64,000 nucleotides of DNA from Tubiluchus corallicola (GCA_030141605.1 JAQGDQ010000065.1:558001-622000), one strand, 5' to 3'; shown: positions 12,101 to 27,490, numbered from the stretch's first letter. Made by a program: numbers and translations. Notes: generated by a model not told the origin, from the letters alone.

Positions 12101-14532
12101 GAGTTTTTGTATATGGCTAAATATGGTTCATTCAGGATGAAGAATAATTTTATTTTTCGTTAGAGACCAAAAACTGAAAATAGCTAGGTCGAACACAAAC
12201 ATTTTTTCAGTGTTGAGCAATAGTACTTCGCCAGGCTAAGACACACTAAAACTCGTGTGCTATGTTTCCTGCATGCTATGCTTCATTTTTTAATTTTGTT
12301 CTACTGTTAAACTGTTACACTCAACAATTTAAATGTGAGCAATCTGAATATTATATTTAACATATCACAAAGTGCGGATTTAGATTCTTATACCATACAT
12401 GGCATACGTATTTCAGTACAACTTAATTGCTTATTTTTACTTATTTTTTAGTAGTAGATTACATTCCATGTGTCTATTTACTGTAGATTTTAAATTATTA
12501 TTATTATAATAAATTATAATTATTAGATTACTGATGTAAATAAAATCATACGGCAGATTCTTATACTGAATTTTTCATGAATGATCACCAACTTAAAAGC
12601 TAAAATATTTTAAGTTGTTGTTTTTAATCTTGAATTCATTTAATGTAGAATGACTGACTTCTGACATGCTGAAAGATACTTTTATGTACTCATACTTCAG
12701 TAGTTGAAATTTTTGTGAGTAAGGAGTTGCATTTGATATTAGCATACATACTACATTATATGGCTATATCAGTTTTTCAGCACATTCTCCAGGTAAGTTT
12801 TACATCATTTTGTATTACTAAACCCATTGTGGCCTACTATATGAAAACGAGATTTTTTTGTTATCATTCAGACTTCTGTTGCCTTTGATACAGGAAGGAA
12901 TTTTCAGTGAAAACGTGTATAAAACATGCAAAGAAATTGTAAATGACAAGCTGTTTCTACTGTATTGGAAATAAAAATACACAATATCAATTGCAATTTC
13001 TCCCAGCAAGAAAAACTAAGTACAAAAAGACTAGAAAAAAGAACTTTGCACAGGTAATGCACTATTTTATGAAAGCTGGCGCTTCTGGCTAATCTCTTAA
13101 AAATTCCAACGGTAGCAGAAAAATTGTAAAATCCGACAAGGATATGTTCTTTAGCTGTTTTGTTTGCCCGTGCTACTATGTACGGGAGCGTTTTTTTATT
13201 GTAAATAATAAAAGGAAGTTTTACTACTACGTGATTAATAACCACGTGATTGATAAACAAATTTGTATATTTCGTGGAACAAACTGCAAGAACATCGTCA
13301 ATTTTTCCGCCGCTTTCCAGGTGAACAACGGAAGTCCGTGGCGCAGTCAAGAGCTAGTACGCCCATAAAGTCTCTGTACAGTGTCTCCAAACCAACCTGT
13401 AAAAACCATATTACCAAAATGTCAGTAAGAGCTGTGTGTAGTTTACAGTTTGCAAATGCAAAGGCGTAGATGGGCGACGGTGTGGGGCCAAATTAGTCAA
13501 CATCGATCGCCCTAGGCTCGATGCCTCTATCGAGGGATGGAAAAATGCCCGAGGAAGCAAAAGGTGATCAATATTGATTACATTGGATAAAACTCACATT
13601 ACTGACATTAAAAGTACCATAAAATAAAAAATCAATAACATATATACAAGGTGTGATTTATCAAAAATTGAGATAACTAAAACAAGGACATTTGGACACA
13701 TAGGACATTTGGAGGGAAACTAACAAAGGAAACAGCAAATGCTAGGAATCTCTGAACATCTGATATTTGTAAATAAATACGTTTATAACTTCTATTTTGC
13801 ACTACATTTTGAAACTCTACATGAATTTTTAATGCTGTATTACATTTAAATTGTATTTCAGTAAAATTTTTAAAACACTTTTAGAAAAAACTAAATAAGC
13901 CAACTCAACTCTGTGGTTAACGAACTCTTTCTTTGAAATAACTTATAATTTGACTTTAACATTCCATTTTCCCATCCTTTTAAAGTACATTTAAAATAAC
14001 AATAATTTCTCAACTTATCAAAAACCCTTAGTCATGTCAAGAAATTAATTTTAAACCACTAATTATAACAATTTTAAACCTTTTAGTTATATCTATTAAA
14101 ATGGTGTAAAACCGTGGTATTCTGTTTTTTTTAAATCTACTAAATATAAAAACTCCTTTTTACAATATTTTAATGGGAGATCTTTAAAGCATCTAAATTA
14201 ATTTAATCTAAATAACTTTTAACGTAAAACAGCACAACAACTTATAAACATAAGAAAATTGCCTTAAAAAATCCTCATGTTATGTGTACGTATTATACTC
14301 TATTCTCTCTAGTATAAACTACATATACGCTACTTTGTGATAAACTTCAGTACAACCTACGACATGTGCTCGCATTTGACGTTGCTGTATTGTCCAGTTG
14401 AGAGAGTGTCCTGGAAATCTTGCCATGTTGTATGATTCATTTATCCTAGCATGTATTGGCTCGTTGGCTCGTGCATTGGCTTGTTGACTGTTTTTCTCTT
14501 ATGCACGGAAAAGAATAGGTAAACATTTTGTG

Positions 14533-14710
14533 GGTGCTAGGCGTTTTTGACACAGGCTATTTTGACACACACGTTTTCGACACAGGCTATTTTGACACAT
14601 AGGACATTTGGTCACGTGGGTCATTTGGACACATGGGACATTTCGACACAAGGACATTTGGACACAAGGACATTTGGACACATAGGACATTTGGACACAA
14701 TGACTTTTGG
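14533..14710 (+). repeat. ~19-20 bp tandem array (GGACATTTGGACACA), probable DNA-transposon subterminal repeat
   Basis: About 9 degenerate units. The same unit occurs at 13683-13712 and 17024-17073. Confidence 0.75.
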
Positions 14711-14904
14711 ATCATTAGCACATAATTATGTTGACGATTTACAATTACAATTACAAGTTACAAAACATTACAAAAGCAATGCAATACATTACAATGAAGA
14801 AAAAACTACACAGACAAAACCCCACACTTGGGGTATAATCGTCAACACAATACACAATAAAATACAATAATAACAATAATAATAATAATAATAATAATAA
14901 ATAT

Positions 14905-15474
14905 CTCTCTCAAAAAACCTTCAGTATTTTGTAGACCATTTCTGCGAGTGTGCTTATTTTTTCTCAGCATGCCCAAACAGTTGCACAAATTGAATTTTTC
15001 TGGAGGGTGTTTGAGCAGTTTTTAGCAAAATTTGCATGGTTGGGTCCGGGAAAATGCACGTACCGAGCATTATTGGCCCTCCCGCAAAATCTAAATATGA
15101 CTATAACCCCCACCGTTGTACATGCTATTCAACCATTACCGGCACCACTCCCGACGCGTTCCTGTTCTCTAGAAATAAGAGGTATAAGTTTTGAAAAAAG
15201 CGACCGAAAATGGCCATTTTGGAGGTTTTTGCCCCCCCCCCCGTTCATCCCGGTGGGGCCGACTCGAAAAATAAGCCGCCAATGGCAAATCTGTGGGTCC
15301 GGACCTTTCATTTGATGCATAGAATCTAGAAATAAGTGGTATACGTTTTGCAATTTTTTGCAAAAAATTGTAAAAAAAGGGCTATTTTGGAGGTTTTCCG
15401 CCTCCCGTTCCTCTCGGTGGGCCCGATTCGAAAAATAAAACCCCAATGGCAAACCAATGAAATTAATATATACG

Positions 15475-15475
<1 letters not shown>
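14905..15475 (-). mobile_element. Internal/5' module of the Helitron-like family
   Basis: Reverse-complement match to 37900-38255 and 38800-38990. Contains a tandem duplication of the ~160-bp TCTAGAAATAAG...CAATGGCAAA block. Confidence 0.7.

Positions 15476-15476
<1 letters not shown>

Positions 15477-15555
<79 letters not shown>
15477..15555. repeat. (AAT)n microsatellite
   Basis: Seen directly. Confidence 0.98.
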
Positions 15556-17759
15556 GTAAACGGTATTTACAGTGGTTGAATACTAACAGTTATGTTTGTA
15601 ATGACCCAGATTGAATCATTGAGCCGTACTTTAACTTGCAGATAAACAGTAAACTTTAATTTCGTATTTTGACACCAGCTTTTCTTTACTTGTGTTCACT
15701 AAGTGTAAATTGTTTCTAGATTGTTACAATCAACTAGGTACTATTTGTTAGTTTAGGGAATGTTAGTACCCCCTCCCCCTGGGTTGGGTTAAACGATAAA
15801 CTAATATTAGCTAACGTTAAACGTTAAATTAATATAAACGCCAAACGCATAGATTTCTGTACGTTCGCAAAATAGATTTCATGGACACACGATATGCAAT
15901 TTGACTTTGGTTGGTTAAACTGCGTTTTTATGTTTTACCTGATTTTCCATTAGCTGACGTTTGAAAAGCTAATGATCTATTTGTGGTGGTGGAAGATGTC
16001 CACTCATTGGTTTACATAGCTTTGCTGATCTTACCATGCTGGGAACATGTCGTTTCGGATCATGTGAGAGCGCCGTCGTGCAGTTGGAAAGGTGCCCAGC
16101 TCGACGGTCCATCGCATGGGACGGAAAAGTCGTCACTGCCCGGGTAGGAACTTTATGCCAATAAACCGGAAAGCAAAGGTGCCTGTTTATTTACGTTATT
16201 ACGAAATGTCTATTTCGGCGCGCATATGTGCCTACTGCTCCGTTCACACGTCTCCCTTTTGATAGACTTACGTTGAAAGGTTTAACTACGTTTTCTTAAC
16301 TACAAAGACTTTTTGCATCGTTACTGTGGGAGTCGTGAACCCGTTAGATGAAATCTGAACCATATTTTAGTCGACCTAAAGGACTATGACCACAAACTGC
16401 AACTGTCTGGAGAAGATATTATGCTAGCATACGCGTTTTGGGGTGGCTGGTAGGGAACCCTTTAAATAGTTAGGAACACTGTATGATTTTTGTATGTTTT
16501 GTCATTGCATTTATTTCATGCCATGCTGCTTAGTAGCGTTTTCAGATTTACTTTTGCCTATTATTAGTTTCCATTGTTTGCAAATAGCTCAATTACACGA
16601 CTGTATGATTCTTTTTGTGCCATTAAACTTGGTATTATGTTATTTATTCGACTGGTTACAGTTTGATTTTTTAGGTGTAGATAAAAAGCCTGTTTTTCAT
16701 CCATCACACCACAAAAGAATCCATGCTATTTAGGTAGAGCCCCCGTAGAGTCTGCCTACGCTCAGCTACTGTCTGTTTCTTTAGTGGGCAGTCGGTTAAT
16801 ACTCTTAGCTCGGCCAAGGAACTGATCGAACTTGGCAGCGACTAACATTAATTGGCCCCTATGGTCTGCCCCTGTATGCACGGGCTATTACAATATTATA
16901 TGATGTTGAGGTATATTACAAAGTTTAGTACACATGAATTTTAGAATTGCAGTTACATTTTCCAATAAATTTGTACTCTAGAGCATAGTATTACATTAAA
17001 ATTAACATATTTTGTATTTCTATATAGGATATTTGGATACAAGGACATCTGGGCACATGTGACATTTAGACACCTGTATAATTTTGTTGTTATTTGATCT
17101 CTTGCTGATAAGTAATGGATCATAATACGTTTGGTTGTGTCGGCAGATTGCAGAGTGAGTTGTTACACGTGGATATTTAAAACTTAAAAAACCCACGTTG
17201 TGCAGATTGACCCAAAAATAAGCACACTTTTTGAGGAGGTGGCACATTCATCCAGATATATCAAAATTAGCTGTTTACTGTTTTGATCGATTAGTGATCG
17301 TTTATTTATCAAGTTTCAGAAGAGTAGCCACGTAAATTGTTTCCAGGGAAGGTACTGGACAACGCAATTTTCGGGAGGTTTTTGCTAAATTAAAATATAA
17401 ACCACAATACCTGCTCTATACTGAAATGAAGTCACCACCTAAAAGCAAAATATCCAGAACACTCTGCTTGTTGAGTAAAATGGTAGAGAATTGCTTTATA
17501 ATTAGAGGAGGTGAAGAAAATAATAAATAAGCTTGATTATCTTTAAGCAACGACGACATTGGGCAGAGTGCTGATTGGCAGTTGACGCAGTATGACGTGT
17601 TTTTTACTTCGGCTGCAGTATATGTCATGCTGTACAAATTCTAACGTACAGTAAAGTTGTAGCTGCCTGCTTTACGGTCAAAATGAGATAGAAATTTTGC
17701 CATGAAAGTTTTATAATGATATATAGAAATATCTATACAAGTTAAAATAATCGTGTAGT

Positions 17760-18564
17760 GCCGACAGCTATGGAAGAAAACTTGGGAGAAAGTACGCCAA
17801 GAAATTGAAAACTTGGATTTGGAGCTGGAGCCAACCATTATGAGAATGCTTACACGGCCTGAAAATGTAAGTGCTATCAAGTTGGTGATTGATATTTTTG
17901 TTGAGCCAATCATAAAGAAAACTATCGATGAAGCAATACCAAGTAAATCTTTCGATGAATTCTCTAAAACTTGCGACATTTTAGAAGTCAAACTTAATGA
18001 GCTTGAACAGTATTCAAGGAGAAGTACAATTAGATGTTTTGGTCTTGTTGAAAATCAAGAGTGAAAATACGGATGGTCTCTGTTCAATGACGATCTTGGA
18101 TTAAAAAATGTGACAATTGCAGACATCGACTGTACTCATAGAGTTGGTCGTGTTAATACTGACAACCCAAGACGAAGAGCAGTAATACGTAAATTTACCA
18201 TGTGTATAGTTAAACGGGAAGTAATGACTGCAAATCGACTGCTCGTGAAGAACAACAGACAGAATAAAATGTCGGCACCATCGTTTATCGTGAGAGAAGA
18301 TTTCACGGCTAGGAATCTAAACATAGTCAAGAAATGCATTTCGCTTGCTCGATGGCAAGATCTTCGTAAAAGATAGACATGGCGCAAGACATCAGATCAA
18401 GGACGTTAGGGATCTCCGTAACTACGGCGAAACAAGCCTTATGGATCGAACTGAGAACAATGGTAGGAAGAGAGGATGTGCCAGGTGTGCCTAGAAAAGT
18501 TACGTCACCTCCTAACTCTACAATGAGGCGTCAAACTAGATTATCCTCAAAAATGACAGTTTGA
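17760..18564 (+). mobile_element. LINE ORF1 (L1/CR1-type coiled-coil + RRM), pseudogenised
   Basis: Translates to KLNELEQYSRRSTIRCFGLVENQE, IADIDCTHRVGR, RRAVIRKF and IVREDFTARN, the classical LEQYSRR...HRVG...EDLT ORF1 pattern, across frameshifts. Confidence 0.85.
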
Positions 18565-18959
18565 TCTTCAACGATGATGTACGTCTCCTATTCGGTTTAA
18601 GTGACTGATAATAATTATAATTTGACTGGCTAGTATATATCTTTATGAGGTCAGTGCTGTATAATTAATTACTTTATCTTGGGAATCAGTACGTTTTGTT
18701 TTTTAAGCTTTTACCTTTCTAAAGAATTAAACACTGAAATGAGGTTTCACTACATATTCCTTGGCAAGACAGCTGTTGAATCTTTAGTATGAGTATGCTT
18801 ATAATTACAATAATATCGCTGGGCTACAGGTTGTAGTAGGCTTTTACACGATAAAGTTGTTTCACCAACTTAATTCACTTTGTGATTACTATGAAAGAAT
18901 GATACCACAAGTTTTTTGTTTTATATTTTCCTTTTTTTCGTAAACGTCAAATACCTAGT

Positions 18960-19796
18960 TGAGGAGTCAAGTCAGACTACCATTTAATGTACGCTGATGA
19001 TGTATGTCTGTTGGCTACCACAACATCTGCACATACACATCTTTCTGAAGTCTATCTAGAATTTGCTAAAGAACTTTATATAATCATAAATGTCAAGAAA
19101 ATTAAGCTGGTTGTCATTAGATCCCAGGCAATGTTGCACCATACCTATGGCACATTTAAATTATGTAATTCGATTTTAGTACCCACTGAGAAAGGCAAAT
19201 ACCTTGGCCACATCATTTCTCAAGATAATAGAGATGATTTAGATATTATACGACGAAGGTCTTTGTTCTATTGCAGAGCGAACAAACTTATTAGAAAATT
19301 TGCTTATTGTTCAAATGATGTAAAGAAACAATTATTTAGTTCCTTCTGTAACAGCTTTTATTGTATGTCCACATGGAGAAATTTTTATGATTATAATCTA
19401 CAAAAGTTAAAAGTAGCGTATAATATATCGATGAGGAAGTTCTTTAATTATGACTATGATTTTAGTGCTAGATCAATGTGTGTACAACTAAATTTAAAAT
19501 ACTTTGATGTAAGATAATACATAGAAAATGCGTGTATAGCTTGTTAACCCGTTTGAATAGCAGTTCTAATGTAATTTGCATGACGATGTTTGCAAGTGAT
19601 GCCCGTTTCACTTCTCAGATCAGAAAATATTGGCGAACCTTATTATATAGGCAACAAAGTGCATTATGTGTTCTTGGCTAACTGAAACTTTATACTAATA
19701 TAAGTTATTTATTTATGTTTTTATTTAAGTATATAATTGTGTGTAATGGTGTGTATTTGTAATGATATGAACAAATTGTTCAAAATAAAGTAAATC
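18960..19796 (+). mobile_element. LINE ORF2 C-terminal part (RT YADD onward) and 3' end
   Basis: ORF 18987-19517: MYADDVCLLA, KYLGHII, FYCRANKLIRKFAYCSNDVKKQLF. AATAAA at ~19785 lies directly before the (TC)n run. It may belong to the same element as the upstream ORF1, with EN and early RT deleted. Confidence 0.88.
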
Positions 19797-20030
<234 letters not shown>

Positions 20031-23000
20031 TGTCAAAAATCGTAGTTATTTAAAGTGACGCAATGTTTAAAGAGTTAAAACATGAAAGAGCTCTTCCTCT
20101 CCCATGTCTTTTTTTATTATTTTCTTATTTTTAGGGGGTCAAACTTATTTTTAAGTTTTATTTTCGAAAAATATTTTATTTAGAAAATGCGTTGCTACAA
20201 TTTTGTTATTTTTAGGATAAAATTGTTTTCTCAAAGTAATTTGCATTTTATCGCTTGCAGCCTATAATCACTCCAAATTAAATTAATTTTCATAGGATTT
20301 GAAATAAAGTTTAATAAATAATTTCTGTAAAAAACGTTAGGTTTTGCGAGCTATAGACATAGATTTGTTAATATCTTTAGGTCAGCATTTACCCAATGAA
20401 TTATGCTCCTTCGCGAGATTTTTTCATATTCTTTTATGGCGGAACCAGATCTATATCATTATCAAGATAATCGTCTGAGATAAAATACTCACACTCACAT
20501 GTCACAATCACATTCGGATGCATACTAGAACCAGAACGACACAGTGATACAAAGGATTTGGTGAGTATCACACTTTCTAAACGTGAGTAAGTAAGCCTTG
20601 AAAAAATGAAAGTTCGAAAAAGTAATCATTAAGGAAACTGGCTAGTGTGCCAGTTTATGACCAAGAGTGAGTAAAAATACATCTTAAGTATGCAGCAGTA
20701 GATATATTGAAAGGATGTTTTAAGGTACTCAAATTACTCAATTTAGAGTAATTTAAATTTGTGTTCAGTGATAAGAAATTGAGCAAATCTGAATAAATTT
20801 TTGTAGCAACAATGAGGTATTCGAAAGGTGTAGTATAATAATAATTTATTGAATTAAGTACAAGTATACATGGGATATATGGGCAAGTTATGATACATGC
20901 GAGTTATATGTACAACAATAGTGACCTCTTTTCTTAAGCCAGATGCAGTGTGCACAGTTAGAACCAAAGCCTGAGCCAGATGCAGATGCAGATAACATGT
21001 TGATAGAGTTGCATGACCTAGATATGCAGATTATTCAATATGTAGGCTCCCAATGGCCTCTCTGAAGCATTATACATGGACAAGGATAACCAGGAACATG
21101 TAACCTTCTTATATACTGTACATAATTTTTTGACGTGGGCTGTAATGATGATATTTCAGCATTAACTTGGATGATTCTAAGAACTGTTATCTCTGTTATT
21201 TACTACTGTAGTGGTGCCCCTGAGGCTAACGAAAATGCCCAAATTTAGAACCGATAAACTTGTCAATCAACTGGAGGCAGCGCACTCCGTCATTTTATTT
21301 CCTTAGTTCGTTTAAAACACGTGAACATATGCAGAAAAATTGTCTCGAAGATCATAAAGGTCTAAAATTGTATGTCGTAAAAATGAATAAGATCCGTAGA
21401 TTTTGTGAATGTCACAAAAAGTGCGGATCCGTATTGTTTCTAGAAATAGCTACGAATATGTATCCATACTGTCGCAGGGAAGACGAGTATTTAACACTGA
21501 GTAGGTCACAGATAAAAATTTACATGCATAACATTGTGTTTAGGCAAAAGAGGCTGTACCTTATTTCCAAGTGAGCTGTGCATGCAAGCAAAACCACCAC
21601 AGTTTTCACCATCACCTGCGTTCTTCATTGAAGAAATAAAATTTTGGTAGCCTCTACAAAGAAAAAAGAAATATAATTTTTAAATCTGTGATGATTAAAA
21701 ATGTTTACAAATTGAATTAATTGAATTTTTATCAAATTTTGATACAACATTTAAAGCGTGATAAGAGTAAAAGCTGTAATGGTCGACTGTAAGCTGTAAT
21801 TGCTGAACTGGCTTCAAGTTGTTGATAAAAGCAAAATAGCAAGAGCACAAATTGCGTTTTTATTCTTTTGAAGTGCCTGAAAGTATTTGATAATGATGTT
21901 CACAATGAGGTTAGTAAATAATTAACAAATATTTATTTATAAGGTCATAAAAACATAAGAGAAGTATCTTTTATCATATAATTAAAGTCATTCTGTTTAC
22001 AAAATGCTGTGCTGCCAGAAGGTGGATGAATCATTCTTATTTTTGATAATTACACACAGAGAAACACATGCACGCGCGTGCACGTATACACACGCACAAG
22101 CCCTATATTTTACCAAAAGTGCATATTAATGTAAGGCATTTACTATTGAAAACATAGTAGAGGATGGAGAAGTGATGGCGTGCCCTCTATTTTTAAAAAT
22201 AGGAGACTGTTAGTTTATCTACTGATTTGATTGTCTTTCCTGCTTGATACAAGCGAGTGTCTATCTGTCACAAATTCTTTAGCATTTTATTTTTTCCAAA
22301 ATTAACATCTAAACATGGTAAAATTACTCTAAATGTTTTCCATACTGAAAGCATAATAATGTTGTGGGGTGTTGCTTGATTTCATGAAAGTTTTTCGTAA
22401 AATTTAACAAATTCGTATCACTTAAAAATAACGTTTGCATTGAAGGCTGATGATATATTCTCAATCTGTACTTTTAGAAATGTAATCAAATGTAGGATTT
22501 TTGTATGAAGGCAATAAACAGTAAATGATTATAGAAATATGATGCCGCTTGTTATCATGTTTGATTTTTATTGTTTGATGTTAATTAAAAGAACAATTGA
22601 TAACAATATAAATGAATCTACAAATAAATACATGTGCATTAATTTGTTCTCGTTATTAAATCGCATTGATTAATTATTTAATAATGATCACTGTAGTTCT
22701 TTTCCCCTTAAAATGACTATTATTGCAATTCTATAGTGCGGGGAGTGCGACAGCCCTTGGTAATTCTCTTCTGTGAGCGTCTTTTGCTTATCCAACAATA
22801 CTGTATCGACCATCATCAACATTTGCCTTTGTGTTATTTAAACAATTTATTAAATCATAACAATTAATGACAATTATTATCAATAATCAACAAACAATAC
22901 ATGTGTATTAATTTAAATCACATAAATTGACTATTGTTGCAATGTGCTGGTCGTTGGTAATTCTCTTCTGCGTCTTTCACCAATAAACCAATATATGGCA

Positions 23001-24190
23001 TCACAGATTTAGATAAAGCGCACGCTCCTAGAGAGATTGCTACCTTATGATACTTGTAACGTGTAACGCTTAAGGGCGCTACGCCGCTGAGAACAGTAAC
23101 TGTTGGCAACTTGCCAACATGTATTTTCAGTGGCGAATATTTATATTTATATTTTTGCCGCTAAAAAATTAAAATAACTTTTTTATTTTTTTCTAATTAG
23201 TAATAGAGCCGTTCCTGTAGCCGTAAAGTTTATCTAATAATTCTACACGCTTCTGACAATGATAATACAGTCTACAGACATTATTTTGTAATACGATATC
23301 CATTGTTAAAGAATTTAAATGTCACTTTCTGCTGTGCACTTCTACAGTACGTATGCTGCCAGGCAGATCACTCCACTTTTGCCATAATCAAACCACAAAG
23401 TTTACGCAGAGGTTGATTATCCAAAGAATATTGTTTATTAGCATTTAAAAACCTATATAAGGCCACTAGCAAAGATACGAATAAAATTAAAAGGATTTTT
23501 AAGTTTAATAACAACACAAAAAGAATAATATAGATTACTTTATTCCTCTAATCCCTACATTGTATTACTAGTGCTCAGCGCGGTATCTAAGCTGCCGTAG
23601 CTGAATCATTGATAAATTAAAGCATTCAATTAAGTATTAAGAAGTTTGGCAGACATATACTCAGTCAAATACCTTCTGTGGCAAAACATTAATTATTTAT
23701 AGGCCGACGTGATTATATTCACTCAGAAAAAATTGTTTTCCGTCATTAACAGTACAGAATGCTCTCCAACTTCAAAAACAGTCCGCAGTTAAACAGTTAG
23801 AAGTAATACATTTTGTTGTTGCTGTTGTTGTTGTTTATTGCTCATGATGTCAGATGTATAGACTATACAATATAACTATTACATTACCGTGGAATCTTAT
23901 GCAGTAATCTTAACAATATCTCTACTAAACAACTTTACCTTATAAAGGAAGACCAATCTAAAGAAAATCAGTTAACTGCAGTTACTCACAAATTTTCCAC
24001 GAACAGTGAACACCCGTGCCTTCCAGTAGCCCTGACCTAGTTTCCCTAATGAAAACGTTTAAGGGTTTATCAGAAAAACCCCACATTTAAAAACCCTTTT
24101 TAAGGGGTTTTCTTCACGAAAAACATTTCACAGAAAACCTCACATGAAATGTTTTTCACGAAGAAACCTGTTCAGAAAATTTTTCTGAAG

Positions 24191-24398
24191 TGATTGAATA
24201 AACTCATAATTGTTGAATTTTGAAACAAAGTTTGCTCCAAAATAGGAAATTTATAGGAAAAATTTGGAATGCACCCTAGACTTGAACGAGGGATATTTTG
24301 AAAGCGAAATGTCTCTTGTTCAAATTCCGAATTTTTCACATTTCCTGTGTTGAAGCAAATTTAGTTTCAAATTCAACAATTGTGGATTTGTTTCATCA
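24191..24398. repeat. ~208-bp imperfect palindrome (MITE-like or hairpin)
   Basis: Left arm ataattgttgaattttgaaac...tttgctccaa...ttgaacgagggatattt pairs with right arm aaatgtctcttgttcaa...ttgaagcaaa...gtttcaaattcaacaattgt. Loop is about 8 nt. Confidence 0.85.
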
Positions 24399-25847
24399 TT
24401 AATAATGATAATAATCTCAAAATTATAAAGAATTTGTTTTTTCTGCAACTTGTATTTTAATGCGATAGCTACCATTCAATAGTCAAAGAAATCATTATTA
24501 CACAAGCTAAACAAAGTAAATTATAGTTGTTACTATATTTGAAATGAATAAAAATGGTCACTTGTAGTAGTAACTACATATTTACCCGTTTAAACAATTA
24601 AAATAAACACAAACACAGAATTTACAATTACATTGCAATAATTAGTCTGGCATATAAAGTACACTGAACATAATTAAGCCAGTTTTAAAATTAAATACAA
24701 AAACTCACTGTATTTCATTTTACACAATGCAACGTAATGTTTCACCGTAAGAGCATGAAAAACAGTATGTGCAGTCACATAACGTCCTACAATTGGAGTT
24801 CAGTCTAGCTGACAGTTTGTTCGGCAGTTTACTTAACATTGGTCTTCAGTTTATCACACAGAGATGAAGATGAAGTCTGTTGTTTCTCAACATTTTCGTC
24901 CATTACAATCTCAGGAATAGATACAGTTCTTTTTGTGCTTATAACGCAGCTTTTTTATGCAACCTTCATTGATAAGATGTAAGTCAGCTGATTATTTCAT
25001 CATTGATATAAGCTTCTTCACTATCCAGTCACCTAAGCCGAATAATGTGTAATCCACCAATATAACCCTGCATCCTAAAATCAACAAAATACCGTTGTCA
25101 GAAAAAATTGCATTTATTGGAACTTTTGATTTGTTATTAGGCCTTCCATTAAGTAATAAGTAAAACCATAATAACAGTTATTTGCATTTAATTGACGAAT
25201 ATATACGATATAACCTCTGACAGGATTAGCAAATGAAACGACATTTAAAAAAATGCAACAGTAACTCTTAATTGAGACCAGCTGCATAAAAACGGCAATC
25301 TGCTAATAGATAGCCTACAATATGGAAACATTATAAATGATTAAGATTAAGGTCTGGTCATTGTGCCGTGGGCATTAGCTCTAATGATAATAAACTTCAT
25401 TAAATTTCAAAAAATAGGCAGCTTAGGTAAATAAAGAGATTGTACTGTACCTGTTTAACACGAAGTGAAATTTAGATGAAAAAACAGTTAGGCATGGACG
25501 TGGTGGCTATGTATCCGTAGAGTTTTCCTGAAGTCAGTGCTACTGTAATTTGCACTATTACAGTTACAAGTGCATGGTACCCATTGTTGCATTACTTTTT
25601 GCGTTGGTTTCGCAATCTCTCTCTGAGGACATACCATCGAAATCTATGTATGTCATCGAGCTTCGTCATCATTAGACTTCACAGCATTTAAAGAATTTAT
25701 TAAATCATAACAATTAATGACAATTATCACTAATTAATGCTCATCCATAAATAACATCATTCTCCTGTTTAAATAGTTTACACAAACCCAACCCACAACA
25801 CACTATTTATACGTCATTTAACACACGTGTTATACCATGTTGAGATT

Positions 25848-25920
25848 ATGTGGCACAAAGGATGAACTTTTGACTCCCAAACAAAGGTTTGGGAGTTCGA
25901 TCTCCATTTTGGACCTTTTA
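25848..25920 (+). mobile_element. Possible degenerate tRNA-derived SINE head
   Basis: A-box-like TGGCACAAAGG and B-box-like GAGTTCGATC at tRNA-like spacing. No clean cloverleaf. Confidence 0.3.
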
Positions 25921-25999
25921 ACCTCAAATTATGACGTAATTATAGATCATTAAACTTTACAAAATAGGATTTCTCAGGTAGCTTAAAAAATTTCCCGGA

Positions 26000-26880
26000 G
26001 TGTCGGGCATACCCCCTGGAGGTCCCTAAATCACACAGAGTCGCACAAAGTGGCACATGTTGCTGAGCTGTACAGTGAAGCTGTAGAGCCAAGAATCCCA
26101 TAATGTGCTTTAACATGAGAGGAAGATGCCCATACACACACCTACCAATGGTTGCAGTTTATTTAAGTCTTAATTCTTAAGTCTGCCATGGTGAAGTTTT
26201 TATTTAGCCACTCGGGATCATCATTAGTAAAGTACTCACTTGCTTCACCGATGATATTTTCCACTCTAGTTTTCCATAAAGGGTCATAATATTTTTCTCT
26301 AACATGACTTCCCCTGAAGAATGCCTTGTATAATACACTACATTTGTCTTTGGTGTCACTGCAGTATTCTTGACCATCGTGTGATGTCTCAACTGAAGAT
26401 GCTTTTTGCTGTGTAAATAATTTTTTTAAGACTACCAGGATTCCACATCCTTTTTACCCTTTCATGTCTTCCGTGCGTTCCAAGAACCAGTTAACAGAAA
26501 CCGTTTGTAGAGCTTCTTCAAATTGAGTTTTTGCCTGCAGATACGAGTTTTTGTTTATTAAATTGGAGTGGCTTAGGTACTGTTTTTTTTTTGGCTGTTC
26601 TGACTTCCTTGGATAAGGCTGATAGTTCAGGCGTCCAGAAAAGTTTCGAGTGTGAACATATTCGTTTTTTGCACAAAGTCGTGTCACTCGCTTCGTTTTA
26701 CAATTGTATGAACAAGTCCCATATCTCAACAGGCTTTGCATCATTAGTCAGCTCAGTGAACTTATTAAAATTAACCTGCATCTTATTTTCTAAACAGCCG
26801 GACCAACTGTGCCAATTGCTATTTGCTAGAATCAAATACATCGCGGAAGCGTTGTTTCGAAACATTTTGAGCTGCTAAGC
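26000..26880 (-). mobile_element. LINE ORF2 fragment (EN-RT linker region)
   Basis: Translates to WDLF...HSKLFWTPELSALSKEVRTAKK, YLQAKTQF, WLNKNFTMADL and YGHLPLMLKH (DGxHPxMLK-like), with stops and frameshifts. Confidence 0.65.
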
Positions 26881-26902
26881 TACTACCGCATAATGACCAA
26901 GC

Positions 26903-27490
<588 letters not shown>

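Noticed and set aside
12904-13400. 148-aa ORF and an acceptor-like site as a host exon
   Set aside because: No recognisable domain, no matching donor site, and AT-rich non-coding composition.
16030-16200. GC-rich block ending in a minus-strand GTAAG donor as a first exon
   Set aside because: No recognisable peptide and no downstream exon that can be linked to it.
20430-21230. Exon-like segments with a GTGAGT donor and a KPEPDADAD peptide
   Set aside because: Stops in the candidate frames and no family motif.
22618-23000. Degenerate ~270-bp direct duplication, with a short match at 25695-25730
   Set aside because: Old, AT-rich and with no defined termini, so nothing further can be supported.
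25848-25920. Functional tRNA gene
   Set aside because: The acceptor and D stems do not pair. It is kept only as a weak SINE-head call.
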